DNA of 45,704 nucleotides, the filler included, from Anaerolineae bacterium (lineage in GTDB: Bacteria; Chloroflexota; Anaerolineae; B4-G1; DUEL01), in NCBI GenBank assembly GCA_041082215.1. It is 9 parts of 9 records of this genome, joined end to end, with 100 filler letters (N's around TTAATTAATTAA, not from the genome) between each part and the next. Parts side by side here need not be neighbours in the genome. Positions count along the whole stretch, not along the records: positions 1 to 21,459 come from JBDOIF010000127.1; 8 more parts are not named here. The stretch is one strand, 5' to 3'. Below, piece by piece: positions 1-9,161 of the stretch (its first letter is position 1; every line of letters begins with the position of its first letter). The notes beneath the pieces were generated by a model. It had not been told where the DNA came from and made no database searches. It saw only the letters and a list, made by a program, of their open reading frames with translations. Made by a program: the position numbers and the translations under genes.

Positions 1-1
1 G

Positions 2-1861
2 CCCATCGGTCATCACGATCATCACGTGGGCGGCACCAGGGCGGCCATAATGGCCGGACTGGGTGCTGAGCACCTGGATCCCCCGCAGCATACCATCAGC
101 AATGTTGGTAGCACCGCCAGCGTAGGTGGCGTCCAGCGCGGCGATGACGGTGTTGGTGATCACCTGGGATGTGCACTCCCCAGCCGGGCAGGACCCCGGA
201 TTCTGTGAGCAGCGACGGAGGCACTGAAGCTCGCTGGCGATCTGGGCACTGTCACTGTAGCGGACATAGCCGATCTGGTCGTAGCGGGGGTCCAGCATCC
301 CCACGAACCGCTTGGCCGCCTCGATCGCGGTCCGGATCGGCTGTTCGTCATCGTAGACATCGTCGTAGCGGCGGTCCGGATTGGGACCGTAATTGCAGTT
401 GGGTTCATAACTCCGGTAGCCGGTCTGCCCCGGATGGCCGGCGAAGCGGGCGTCGCAGGGATCGCATGCCCAGCGGGTCCGCCCGTTGGCCCAGCTATAC
501 ACCCCCCGGCCGCTGTTCTGCGTGAGGGGGGAGGGAGTAGAACTGGAGGAGTTGTTGGTGATCACGATCCGGTCCACCGCAAACTCCGCCCCCCCTGCCC
601 AGAGGTTCAGGGTATAGACCTGATTGTGATTCATAGGGATGCCGCTGCTGTTCAGCCGCCGCCAGCTCCAGCTACCGGAACTGGCCCCGTCGTACCCTGT
701 CCCCCGGGTGAAGCCGGAGGCATACCCCTGCAGCGCACCGTTGATCCCCCAGTAGATGCGGGTGTCCAACCCATCGGACCGTGACCATGTTGAGGGGGCC
801 TGCCCGCGCACCCAGATATAGTAGTAACCGTCGGCGAGGGGGGTGAAATCGTAATCAACGCGGGGGGCTTCAAAGGGGCCGCCCGGCACGTTTGAATTGC
901 ACCAGCCGCCGCTGGCGATGTCACTGTACATACAGGTGACGCCATAACCGGTGGAGTTGGGCACCTCAAAATCCGGGTAGGGCATGTGCATGATGTAGGC
1001 CCCCCGGGTATCCCTGGCCGTGGCCCCGTCGCCCGGCTCCCGCTGCAGGACCCAGTAGGTCTTATAGGGGGAGTACGCATAGCGGGCGTAGGAGGGGCTC
1101 ATGGCGGAATACTCCTCCGCCTCGATGAAGTAGTAATCATACCCACCGTACTGGTATCGTTGAGTGGCGCCGCAGTGGGCGGGCGGACCGTCGGCCGGCC
1201 CATCCCAGCGAAGCGGGTAGAGAACACCCCCTGGATAAGGGACGCCCGTCGCTGGCTCCCAGCATCCGTAGCAGAGGGTATCGAACTCCATCGAGCCGGA
1301 GCGGTCGAAGACGATGGCGATATCCAGGTTGTTGATGTTCTCAGCCGTGGCCGAGGCATAGGCGGGCAGGCTTCTGAAGCCGATGAACTGGAGGAAGATC
1401 ACCGGCACCCTTCGGGTGACCTCGATGCGGATCCGGTAGGCAGAGTTAACCTGCTGGTTCGGCGGCAGACTGGTATCACGGAACCGGGCCGTATTCACCT
1501 CAATGATGGTCAGGGCGTCGGCCTCGGTCGGCCCCGATACGTAGTTATCATTGATGACCAGGCGAGTGGTGTCGGTGTAGGCATCGTACCCGTTCTCCAG
1601 CAGGAACTCCAGCGCCCGCAATTGAGCGGCTTCCTCCAGAGGCAGCTCGGCTGCCGCAGCCAGCGCCGCCGCGTCCACCGCCCGGGTGATCCGCACCCGC
1701 TCGATGTAGTAAAGGCCCAGGTCAACCCCCAGACCGATCGCCGCCAGGAGGCCGAAGATGGCCAGAACGACGATGATCAGCGCCTGCCCTCGCTGCCGAC
1801 CGGAGACCGGGCCGGCACCAGAGCGTCCCTCTACGCCGGGGGGCTGTTCCACCTTTCTCAT
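2..1861 (-). CDS. TadG-like pseudopilin with vWA domain (3' end runs off the window; absent from the ORF track)
   Basis: Manual translation: ATG at 1861 after a GGAGG RBS; MRKVEQ...QRGQALIIVVLAIFGLLAAIGLGVDLG...AVDAAALAAA (Tad N-terminus); vWA MIDAS motif VFDRSGSM, then TNIADG and VMIVMTDG near position 2; no stop found in this frame. Confidence 0.9.
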   Translation of the reverse strand, partial: MRKVEQPPGVEGRSGAGPVSGRQRGQALIIVVLAIFGLLAAIGLGVDLGLYYIERVRITRAVDAAALAAAAELPLEEAAQLRALEFLLENGYDAYTDTTRLVINDNYVSGPTEADALTIIEVNTARFRDTSLPPNQQVNSAYRIRIEVTRRVPVIFLQFIGFRSLPAYASATAENINNLDIAIVFDRSGSMEFDTLCYGCWEPATGVPYPGGVLYPLRWDGPADGPPAHCGATQRYQYGGYDYYFIEAEEYSAMSPSYARYAYSPYKTYWVLQREPGDGATARDTRGAYIMHMPYPDFEVPNSTGYGVTCMYSDIASGGWCNSNVPGGPFEAPRVDYDFTPLADGYYYIWVRGQAPSTWSRSDGLDTRIYWGINGALQGYASGFTRGTGYDGASSGSWSWRRLNSSGIPMNHNQVYTLNLWAGGAEFAVDRIVITNNSSSSTPSPLTQNSGRGVYSWANGRTRWACDPCDARFAGHPGQTGYRSYEPNCNYGPNPDRRYDDVYDDEQPIRTAIEAAKRFVGMLDPRYDQIGYVRYSDSAQIASELQCLRRCSQNPGSCPAGECTSQVITNTVIAALDATYAGGATNIADGMLRGIQVLSTQSGHYGRPGAAHVMIVMTDG

Positions 1862-1901
1862 ATTCCACCTCCTGCACCCATTCCGCTCTCGGCGTCTGCC
1901 C

Positions 1902-2522
1902 TTACTCCCGTTGCCGGGCATCGGAGACCACCCGCATCGTGGACTGCGTATACATCACCCAGCGTGGCCCTATAGGGATAAAGTCGTACCGCCAGAGGGG
2001 GGTATGGGCGTAGAACACCTCCAGGATGATGATCTCGTTATCCAGTCGCTCGTACTCGTTCGCCTCTCGCAGATCGTTGATGTTGACCGTCACCGATGCG
2101 TTTCGATCCACCACCGCCTGCAGGTTCACCCGACTGTCGGTAGGAGCAATACGGCGCGTGTCCGTATAAGAGACGGTCCCTGTGACATAGAAAGTGGCCC
2201 CGAGGACCGTCCCGTCGTGGCGCATCGGGATATGGGTGATGATAATTCCCACATTGGGATCGTTGCCGGTAGCCCGCAGGAAGGGAACTGTCCCATCCTC
2301 TGTCTCAATCACTCCGCCGGCCACGAGAACGCGCCCGGCGATATCGGCGTCAGAGTAGCGGCCGCGTGCGGCGAAGCGGATTCCTTCCCGGTTGGCGGCC
2401 ATCACCACCAGATAATTTCGCATCGCAAAACCGACCTCCACGGTGGCGATGACCAGCAGCAACAGGATCGGGAGGATCAAAGCCAACTCCAACATACTCT
2501 GGCCCTTCTCTTTCCGCCCCAT
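1902..2522 (-). CDS. TadE-like pseudopilin
   Basis: MGRKEKGQSMLELALILPILLLLVIATVEVG...AANREGIRFAA; GGAGG RBS upstream of ATG 2522. Confidence 0.9.
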   Translation of the reverse strand: MGRKEKGQSMLELALILPILLLLVIATVEVGFAMRNYLVVMAANREGIRFAARGRYSDADIAGRVLVAGGVIETEDGTVPFLRATGNDPNVGIIITHIPMRHDGTVLGATFYVTGTVSYTDTRRIAPTDSRVNLQAVVDRNASVTVNINDLREANEYERLDNEIIILEVFYAHTPLWRYDFIPIGPRWVMYTQSTMRVVSDARQRE

Positions 2523-2539
2523 CCTACCTCCTTGCGCAG

Positions 2540-3145
2540 CTACTCCTGCACCTGTTCGCCTGTCATGCCGTCCAACTGCACACTCCACACCTGATCCCCG
2601 ATGATGCCGGTGATGGTCCAGACCGGCCGGTTCCCATCCGACGCCCGCAACTGGGCCAGCAGGTCCATCTCCCGGCCGCGGGCAGCGAAGGCGGAGCCGC
2701 CCGCCCCCCACCAGCTTTCCAGAGCAGCCGGGCTATCCACCCGCCATCTGCCCTCGTCGAAGGTAAGGAGCGGGTAGGGCACCCGGTCTTCCCGGAAAAG
2801 GCGGGCCTGCCCCCCCTCCACGAGCACCACCGCCATCTTCTGAGTGGCGGGCGAGTAGAACTGGAAGGTCCAGGCCACCGCCGTGGGCCACCGGCCGCGC
2901 TCCCGTCGCCAGTGGGCCGACACAATGGCAGGCCGGGCATCCTCCTGCCAGCCCTGAGCGGCCGCCTGGGCAGCCGAGAAGGCCTGCCGGGCGCTCACCC
3001 CTCCGGGCAATTCGCCCGGACGGGCCTCGACCTGCCCCGTCTCCCACCCCGCTCCTGAGCTGCGGAGGATCAACGCCACCAGCATCAGCGCCACAGCCAG
3101 AGCCAGGGCCACAATGACCACCCAGCGGCCCGTGCGCCTGTCCAT
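2540..3145 (-). CDS. Membrane-anchored hypothetical protein
   Basis: MDRRTGRWVVIVALALAVALMLVALIL N-terminal hydrophobic helix; start 4 nt from the stop of the upstream gene. Confidence 0.7.
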   Translation of the reverse strand: MDRRTGRWVVIVALALAVALMLVALILRSSGAGWETGQVEARPGELPGGVSARQAFSAAQAAAQGWQEDARPAIVSAHWRRERGRWPTAVAWTFQFYSPATQKMAVVLVEGGQARLFREDRVPYPLLTFDEGRWRVDSPAALESWWGAGGSAFAARGREMDLLAQLRASDGNRPVWTITGIIGDQVWSVQLDGMTGEQVQE

Positions 3146-3149
3146 CCAG

Positions 3150-4700
3150 CTAGCCTTCCCCACCCCCGCCGCCACTTCCTCCCACATAATTCCTGAACAC
3201 CACCGGCAGAAAAACGCGCGGGTAGTCCCCATACGCATTGCCGTCGTAATAGGTCTCCCAGTCCGCCCCTGCGGCCTGGGGGGAGTCCGTGCTGGACCAG
3301 ACATAGGCCAGATACGGGTAGGTGTCACTCACCGACGAACGGACCACCACAGGGCTGGCGGACTGGCCGTTGCGGTTCTGGGTGAGGGAGATAGGCTCCG
3401 ACCAGCTAATGCACTGAGATGTGTCGGCCGGCACACTCTCCGCCTCCCTGTAAAGGATGTCATAGTTCGGGTTGCTCTGGCTCCCATAGTTCACATGCCA
3501 GGCCACCGTCGGCTTCCCCTGCCCGTCCAGCGCGACCGAGGGGCGGAGGAACTGGCCGTATTCCCATATACTCTGGCTGTTCGTAGAGGTGTATACATAC
3601 ACCTGCCCCCGCTCTGTTCCCCCCACCTCACACCATATCGCACCGCCGACATCTATTGGCCAGCTGGAACCGTAGTCGCCGGAGCGGATGTAGGCCAGGG
3701 TGAACTGAAGGCACTGGATCTGGGAGGAGACCTCCTGGCACTCGTAGCCTATATCCCAGACGACATAGACCTGATCCCCACACGCGGCAACGTCCGGATC
3801 GAAGGGGGGGTAAGTGGTTCCCTGGTCGAAGAATTTCCGCAGCTCCCCCCACGTCCCCCCTTCTCCCAGAGTGCGGCGGCGGTAATAGATTCGATAGGAC
3901 TTGCCTCCCTGCACGGCCACCTCGGCCATCCATGTCACGTGGATGGCATCGCCGGACCAGGCGATCGCTGGCCGCCTGGCGTTCTGGTCGGGATCGGAGA
4001 CCCTCTCCTGGGGTTTTTTCTGTCCATCCTTGAACCAGGTGTAATAGAGAGAGCCGACATCGCCCCCGGCCGTTCGATCGAAGTAAGCGTAGACGAAGTG
4101 GGGGTTCCCCTCTCCATCGAGGGCGATGTCCACATCGGTAAGCCCCGGATCGGTCCCCAAACCCACAGCACGGGTGACCTCCTGGGGAGTCCCCAGCGCC
4201 TGGCCGAGCTGATAGGTCTGGTAATAGATGGTCTGGTAAGACGGGTTATCGCACGGCGACCACGTGACATAGGCCACGTAGGCGGTGGTACCGGTCATTG
4301 CCACGGCCGCACGGACCGCGCACTGCTCGGCGGAGCCAGCGAAGACCTGCACCCCAGAGCTCCAGCCGTTTCCCGTGCTCTCCGATGCCCACCGGAGGAA
4401 GACGGAGCCCCGCGCGCTCCCGCCGTCCTGGTACGCTTCCGGCCAGACCACCGCCACCCGGTCCCCATCCGGGCTGATCGCCACATCGGCGAAAGCGGAA
4501 GCTCGGCTTGACGAGGGGAAAGTGCGGCCTGGCCATGTAGAGAGATTGGTCGCTACATGCAGGAAGGAACGATGGGGCGCGGCCAGCGCCAGCAGGGCCG
4601 TCAGAGCGGAGAGGGCACCGGCGAAGACCGCCGCCATCAGCAACCGCCCCCTCTTCCCCTGGAATGGTCTGGTTATCCGTCTAACCCCCGCCTCTTCCAT
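3150..4700 (-). CDS. Secreted beta-propeller/BNR (sialidase-like) repeat protein with a C-terminal FLPVVFR motif
   Basis: Signal peptide; repeated 'PxIA..GD.IHVxW' blades; Asp-box-like RSGDYGSSW; C-terminal VFLPVVFRN. Confidence 0.75.
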   Translation of the reverse strand: MEEAGVRRITRPFQGKRGRLLMAAVFAGALSALTALLALAAPHRSFLHVATNLSTWPGRTFPSSSRASAFADVAISPDGDRVAVVWPEAYQDGGSARGSVFLRWASESTGNGWSSGVQVFAGSAEQCAVRAAVAMTGTTAYVAYVTWSPCDNPSYQTIYYQTYQLGQALGTPQEVTRAVGLGTDPGLTDVDIALDGEGNPHFVYAYFDRTAGGDVGSLYYTWFKDGQKKPQERVSDPDQNARRPAIAWSGDAIHVTWMAEVAVQGGKSYRIYYRRRTLGEGGTWGELRKFFDQGTTYPPFDPDVAACGDQVYVVWDIGYECQEVSSQIQCLQFTLAYIRSGDYGSSWPIDVGGAIWCEVGGTERGQVYVYTSTNSQSIWEYGQFLRPSVALDGQGKPTVAWHVNYGSQSNPNYDILYREAESVPADTSQCISWSEPISLTQNRNGQSASPVVVRSSVSDTYPYLAYVWSSTDSPQAAGADWETYYDGNAYGDYPRVFLPVVFRNYVGGSGGGGGEG

Positions 4701-4711
4701 ACCCCAAATCC

Positions 4712-7700
4712 TTAAAACCCTAGAAGCAGGAGGTCAACCTTGTAGTTCCGCTCGTCCGCCACAACCGTCACGGTCGAGGTGTCGGTGCGGAGCTCGCCTC
4801 CCACCCAGGCCTGTGCGTAGATGTAATATGTCCCTGGCGGCACGTTATAGAAGTGGTAGGTCCCGTCCTGAATAGAGCGGGTATACAGCACCTCGCCACC
4901 CCGGGTGTAGGCCCACACTTCCACCCCTACCAGTGGCTGCGGCACCCCACCCATAAGCGTCCGCACCAGGCCGCCAATGGAGGCCGTTCCCGGCTCATCA
5001 TCGGGGATCGGGCAGAACTTGCACACATTACATTCGAGCGCATCCAGATAGAAGAAAGTGCCGTAGAAATCCTGGTCGTGGGTGGCGTAGAAGTAGAGCT
5101 GGACGTTCTGCCCCGCAAGGGACGACATATCCAGGTTGCCGGTGAAGTCCACGTTGAAATACTGCCACTGCTCCATCGGCGCTCCCCCGTTCACGATAGG
5201 GACGCCGGTCACAAGGGGCTGTCCACTGCTGTCACGGACCTGGACGTAGAGGATGTCGTCGGCGTCCGGGCTGTTCGGGTAGCTACACGGAGCCAGGCTT
5301 CCTCCCACCGCGCGGAAGCCCTCGGCGATGAGGTGGGTGGTGCTGATCACATCGGTGGGGATCTGAACGGTCTGGTAGAGGTAGGGGGCGTAAGAGTTTT
5401 GCTGGCAGGGGTAGTCCCCCAGGGAGGCGTGGAGCCTCATCGAGAACGCCCCCTCGTATTGCAGGTAGCCCTGCCGCTGGTAGGCCCCGGGCCCTCCGGC
5501 TCGCCAGTAGGTGAAGACGGCCTGGGGGTTGCCCTCGAAGCTCCCGCTCTGGAGCAGTTGGGTACAGTCAATCAGTCCGGGGTAACAGCCCGACGGAGCC
5601 GGGGTCCCCCCCTGGGGCTGGCAGATCACGAACTCGTCCGCCTCGCTGATGTCGCTGCGGGTAGAGTCGTAGGTGGCGTGGGCGATCCCTACCAGGACCG
5701 CATCGCCCATCGCCACCGACATGCTGCCCTGGAAGATCCAGTCGTTCAGTCCGGGGTTCTGGGCGGTGGAATAGAAGTAGCCGAAGTTGCTACCGGAGCG
5801 GACGATACGCACCCAGACTGGCAGGGGGGCGGGGATATCGTTTTCGGTCCCCGGCAGCCGGTAAGTATCCCCCCCATCGGTCGCCCGATACGCGAACTGG
5901 AGGCGGCTGTGGTAGTTGGTATATACGATCATCACGTGGCGGCTATTGGCAGCGGTGCTGTTGCGCACCATCAGCCCCATTTTCGACCACTGATTGACAT
6001 CGGGGGCCTCATAGATTCGCAGTCGGGCGTCGAAATCTCCAGAAATGGATTGATAGACGAAGTAGAAGTTCTCATCGCTGCCGTTGCCCCAGAGCCGCTG
6101 CCCCCGCGCGTTGATCCGGAGGCGGCCGTTGCTCTCCGACACGCTGCCATAGACGTTGGGCGTGCCGATCTGGGCGGCCGTCCATTTGCTGGCCACCACG
6201 CCGTCGTTGAAGTCATCGCCGTACGGAGTGCTGCGGGCGGTGCATTCCACCTCCACAAGGAAGGGGCCGCTGATATTGTTGCCCTCGTCGGCCTCCTCGA
6301 TATACCCCGTCGTATCCACCTGGCCCCAGAGCGCATGTGTGCCGGGATCGAGCGTCAGGTAAGTAGTGATAATCCCGGTCCCATAAGAGGGGATGTCCAT
6401 CAGCCACTGCTTTTCATCCCCCATCTGTCCGGCAACCGGCGGTGGATTTTGCGGGTCCACATAGAGGTCCACATCGAAGTACTCTCCCTGCAGCGCCGTT
6501 GGCGAGAGGTTGGCCACCTCGATGGTGAACGTGATCTCGGTGTTGGAAGGGAGCCGATCCCCGAACTCTTCCGGATAGGAGATATTCAAAACGTGCAGGT
6601 CGGGCGGTACGGTTTCGACGAGGATATCCGCCGAATAAGCGACGAGGGTAGTCCCGTTCCCGCAGCTTCCCATGTCGGTATGGCTTTCCAGCCGATAGTA
6701 GCCATCGCTTCCCTGGGGGATCTCCACTTCCAGATCGGTCGCATCCCAGGTGTCGGTATTCACATAGATTCCTGAGCGCAGGACAGCCGAGGCGATCCCG
6801 CCAGAGCCGGAGGTGCGGCACCAGAGGAGCATATACGGATTCCGCGCCGGGGGATGGTCGTAGAGGCTTACCGCGATCGTATCCAGCGGGAGGACCGTGT
6901 GATCGGAGGCGACGATATAGGGGCCGGAGGCCAGCCATTCCTTATCTGCCGTATCATACGGCTCTCCCGAGTCCCGATAATCATCCCTGTCCAGGTCTAT
7001 CCACGCTGTCAGGTGGGCAGTGCCCGGTCGGTTGGCATAGATTGCAGGAATGGCCCGGCCGTTCTGATCGGTGGCGGCTTTTATGTACTGGGGAGAGACG
7101 CCGGAGTAATCATAGGCCCCGAAGTCGGTAGAGAAGCTCACCAGCACATTGGGCACCGGCTGGCCATTCTGGTTAGTGACCGTCACAGTGACGTTATGCC
7201 CTCGCTGGAGCGGCAACTGATTGGTGGCGTGGTCGAAGGCGATCCGCACCTGGTAGTTCACAGGGGTGGGAGAGGGGCTCGGGGAGCCCGGCTCCTGGCT
7301 CTCCGTGGGCACCGTTCCGCCAGGGGAGATGATGAAAGTGGGAGGAGGATTGAAGGTGGGGGGAGGGACGTTGCCGTAGCCGACCTGAACCCCTTCGTTG
7401 ATCATCTCCGCGTGGGCCTCGACGCGGATATATGGGGCGATGGCGCGGAAGAGTGGGTCTAGGATGATCACGTTGTGGACGACCTGGACCCGCACGGGCA
7501 GGCCGGGCAGGCCGGGGTGGTCCATCTGTTCCTGCTCGTCGAAGGCGGGGAACCCCCACACCCGCACGCCGAAGAAGCCAGGCTCGTTGAAATGGGCCTG
7601 AAAATCGGCCTCTGTCAGCCCGAGCGCATTCCTGTTGATACGCAGTCCAGCCGCTCGTTGCAGGGCGATCTCTTTGATGATCGCCACCCGTCGGGCGTTG

Positions 7701-8038
7701 TACTCGTCTGTGCCTTCCGTCGGATCGCAGTTATCCCCCGGCCCCAGGGGGTCATAGGGGTAGTAGATGAAGGGAGGGTTCGCATTAAGGTTTGTGCAGG
7801 TCCCTCCGCTCATCCTCTGGCCCTGGATCGGCTGGTAGGTGATAGCCCAGCGGACGGCTTCCCGGGCAGCGTGCTCCACGGCCAGGTACCCCTGGATGAC
7901 CATAGCCGCTTCGATGATGAGGAAAATGATCACGAGGAGGGCAGACAGGACCAGGGCGAACTCGACCATCGCCTGCCCCCACTGCCAGCGGCGCAGAGAC
8001 ACCCTCGGGCCTTCTTGCGAACCAGGGAACAGCCTCAT
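4712..8038 (-). CDS. Giant TadE-like pseudopilin/adhesin (TadE + Big_1 + CARDB + ConA-like + carboxypeptidase-regulatory-like domains)
   Basis: WGQAMVEFALVLSALLVIIFLIIE...HAAREAVRWA; VTVTVTNQNGQPVPNVLVSF (Ig-like); PDLHV...VDTTGYIEEADEGNN (CARDB); FYFVYQSISGDFD/WSKMGLMVR; DGTYHFYNVPPGTY; RBS GAGGAG before ATG 8038. Confidence 0.85.
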   Translation of the reverse strand: MRLFPGSQEGPRVSLRRWQWGQAMVEFALVLSALLVIIFLIIEAAMVIQGYLAVEHAAREAVRWAITYQPIQGQRMSGGTCTNLNANPPFIYYPYDPLGPGDNCDPTEGTDEYNARRVAIIKEIALQRAAGLRINRNALGLTEADFQAHFNEPGFFGVRVWGFPAFDEQEQMDHPGLPGLPVRVQVVHNVIILDPLFRAIAPYIRVEAHAEMINEGVQVGYGNVPPPTFNPPPTFIISPGGTVPTESQEPGSPSPSPTPVNYQVRIAFDHATNQLPLQRGHNVTVTVTNQNGQPVPNVLVSFSTDFGAYDYSGVSPQYIKAATDQNGRAIPAIYANRPGTAHLTAWIDLDRDDYRDSGEPYDTADKEWLASGPYIVASDHTVLPLDTIAVSLYDHPPARNPYMLLWCRTSGSGGIASAVLRSGIYVNTDTWDATDLEVEIPQGSDGYYRLESHTDMGSCGNGTTLVAYSADILVETVPPDLHVLNISYPEEFGDRLPSNTEITFTIEVANLSPTALQGEYFDVDLYVDPQNPPPVAGQMGDEKQWLMDIPSYGTGIITTYLTLDPGTHALWGQVDTTGYIEEADEGNNISGPFLVEVECTARSTPYGDDFNDGVVASKWTAAQIGTPNVYGSVSESNGRLRINARGQRLWGNGSDENFYFVYQSISGDFDARLRIYEAPDVNQWSKMGLMVRNSTAANSRHVMIVYTNYHSRLQFAYRATDGGDTYRLPGTENDIPAPLPVWVRIVRSGSNFGYFYSTAQNPGLNDWIFQGSMSVAMGDAVLVGIAHATYDSTRSDISEADEFVICQPQGGTPAPSGCYPGLIDCTQLLQSGSFEGNPQAVFTYWRAGGPGAYQRQGYLQYEGAFSMRLHASLGDYPCQQNSYAPYLYQTVQIPTDVISTTHLIAEGFRAVGGSLAPCSYPNSPDADDILYVQVRDSSGQPLVTGVPIVNGGAPMEQWQYFNVDFTGNLDMSSLAGQNVQLYFYATHDQDFYGTFFYLDALECNVCKFCPIPDDEPGTASIGGLVRTLMGGVPQPLVGVEVWAYTRGGEVLYTRSIQDGTYHFYNVPPGTYYIYAQAWVGGELRTDTSTVTVVADERNYKVDLLLLGF

Positions 8039-8119
8039 CACTTCCCTCCTCAGCAAAACACGTGCCCGGGTCTATGGCATCCCCTGGTCACCGGGCCTGA
8101 ACCAATTTTTTACAAGTAC

Positions 8120-8148
8120 ATTATACCAGTTGAATGGGGCACGTGCAA
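8120..8148 (-). promoter_or_regulatory. Sigma70-type promoter of the tad cluster
   Basis: Minus strand TTGCAC-N17-TATAAT, about 80 nt upstream of ATG 8038. Confidence 0.65.
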
Positions 8149-8232
8149 GAGTACCACAGTACCGCCCGTTGGGCCAGGATGTCCCTTTTCTAACCGAATT
8201 CTAACTTTTAGGGGTGGATGTCTCCACTGGCC

Positions 8233-8405
8233 GGGCGTATTTCAATTTCGGGGCGAGGGGTCCTCTCGCCCGCCGGTGGATCGCGAATCCCACGAATGGC
8301 CCGAATACCCCGAACACAAGGGATCCCTGCCCCATTCGCGCCATTCGTGTTTCCCCAGGTCCGGCCCGGGCCAGGGACATCTCGCCCCCAGACTGAAATA
8401 CACCT
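8233..8405. mobile_element. MITE-like element with imperfect terminal inverted repeats and an 8-bp target-site duplication
   Basis: Left end GGGCGTATTTCAATTTCGGGGCGAG, right end CTCGCCCCCAGACTGAAATACACCT; CACTGGCC on both flanks (8225-8232, 8406-8413). Confidence 0.75.
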
Positions 8406-8420
8406 CACTGGCCCTGGCTC

Positions 8421-8448
8421 TTGACAAACAGCCCCTTCCCGGTATAAT
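8421..8448 (+). promoter_or_regulatory. Sigma70 promoter of tRNA-Lys
   Basis: TTGACA-N16-TATAAT ending 10 nt before the tRNA. Confidence 0.85.
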
Positions 8449-8458
8449 ACCGGTAGCT

Positions 8459-8531
8459 GGCCCGCTAGCTCAACAGGTAGAGCAGGGGACTCTTAATCCC
8501 TTGGCTGCAGGTTCGAGTCCTGCGCGGGTCA
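8459..8531 (+). tRNA. tRNA-Lys (CTT)
   Basis: Acceptor stem GGCCCGC/GCGGGTC, D-arm TAGCTCAACAGGTAGAGC, anticodon loop CTCTTAA, T-arm GCAGGTTCGAGTCCTGC; followed by CCT, so CCA is not encoded. Confidence 0.95.
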
Positions 8532-8569
8532 CCTGATCTGCCCTCCAGTTGTAACGAGTTGACCGGGCG

Positions 8570-9049
8570 CTAAGGCGAAAACAAGGTGAGGGCCTTCTGG
8601 CCTATCCCGATGATCCCCACAACAACCCGCCCGATCGCCGCAATCCCCACACATTTGTAGCCCAGCGCGAGAACCCCAACAGTCAGGTATCCCACGGCAA
8701 AAACCGAGACAGATATCCCCCCCACCCCCACTACGCTCACAGAGAGCAAAGCCAAACCGGCTATGCTCACCGCTACCAGGCCTGTGGCTACCAGAGCAAC
8801 GGTAAACACCCCACACGCCACAAGGATCCCGAAAGCGAGGATTCCCGTGGCCCGGTTGCCGATCGCAACTATACCGCGGGCATGGCGCATCCTTCCGTTC
8901 GGGTTGTCAAATCCCAGGTTGATGGAAAGCAAAGGTAACCCAAGAAGCCTGCTCGGCGATTCATACTCATACGGCATGGACTCCAGCGCCTTGCAGAGAT
9001 GACGATAGAACTCCACAAACGGAGCCAGAGCCGAGCCGATCCTACCCAA
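8570..9049 (-). CDS. Gly-rich membrane protein (start uncertain)
   Basis: YEYESPSRLLGLPLLSI...ARGIVAIGNRATGILAFG followed by Gly/Ala-rich hydrophobic repeats. Confidence 0.7.
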   Translation of the reverse strand: MGRIGSALAPFVEFYRHLCKALESMPYEYESPSRLLGLPLLSINLGFDNPNGRMRHARGIVAIGNRATGILAFGILVACGVFTVALVATGLVAVSIAGLALLSVSVVGVGGISVSVFAVGYLTVGVLALGYKCVGIAAIGRVVVGIIGIGQKALTLFSP

Positions 9050-9161
9050 AACAGCCCGGTCGGGTTGCCAGACCTGAAGTCGCCTTTTCGACGGGAGCGC
9101 CTGAAGTTTCCATTTCTCTCCTTAAAATACTGTGCGGAGCCTTTACAACCCGTACCGGACT

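Noticed and set aside
4853..6775. Long antisense ORFs (also 986-1975, 9132-10772, 15265-16920, 17041-18546, 30544-32325)
   Set aside because: They are shadows of real genes on the opposite strand in high-GC DNA and have no recognisable motifs.
8459..8570. tRNA-Lys as an integration site for an island
   Set aside because: No integrase and no duplicated tRNA 3' end were seen on this contig.
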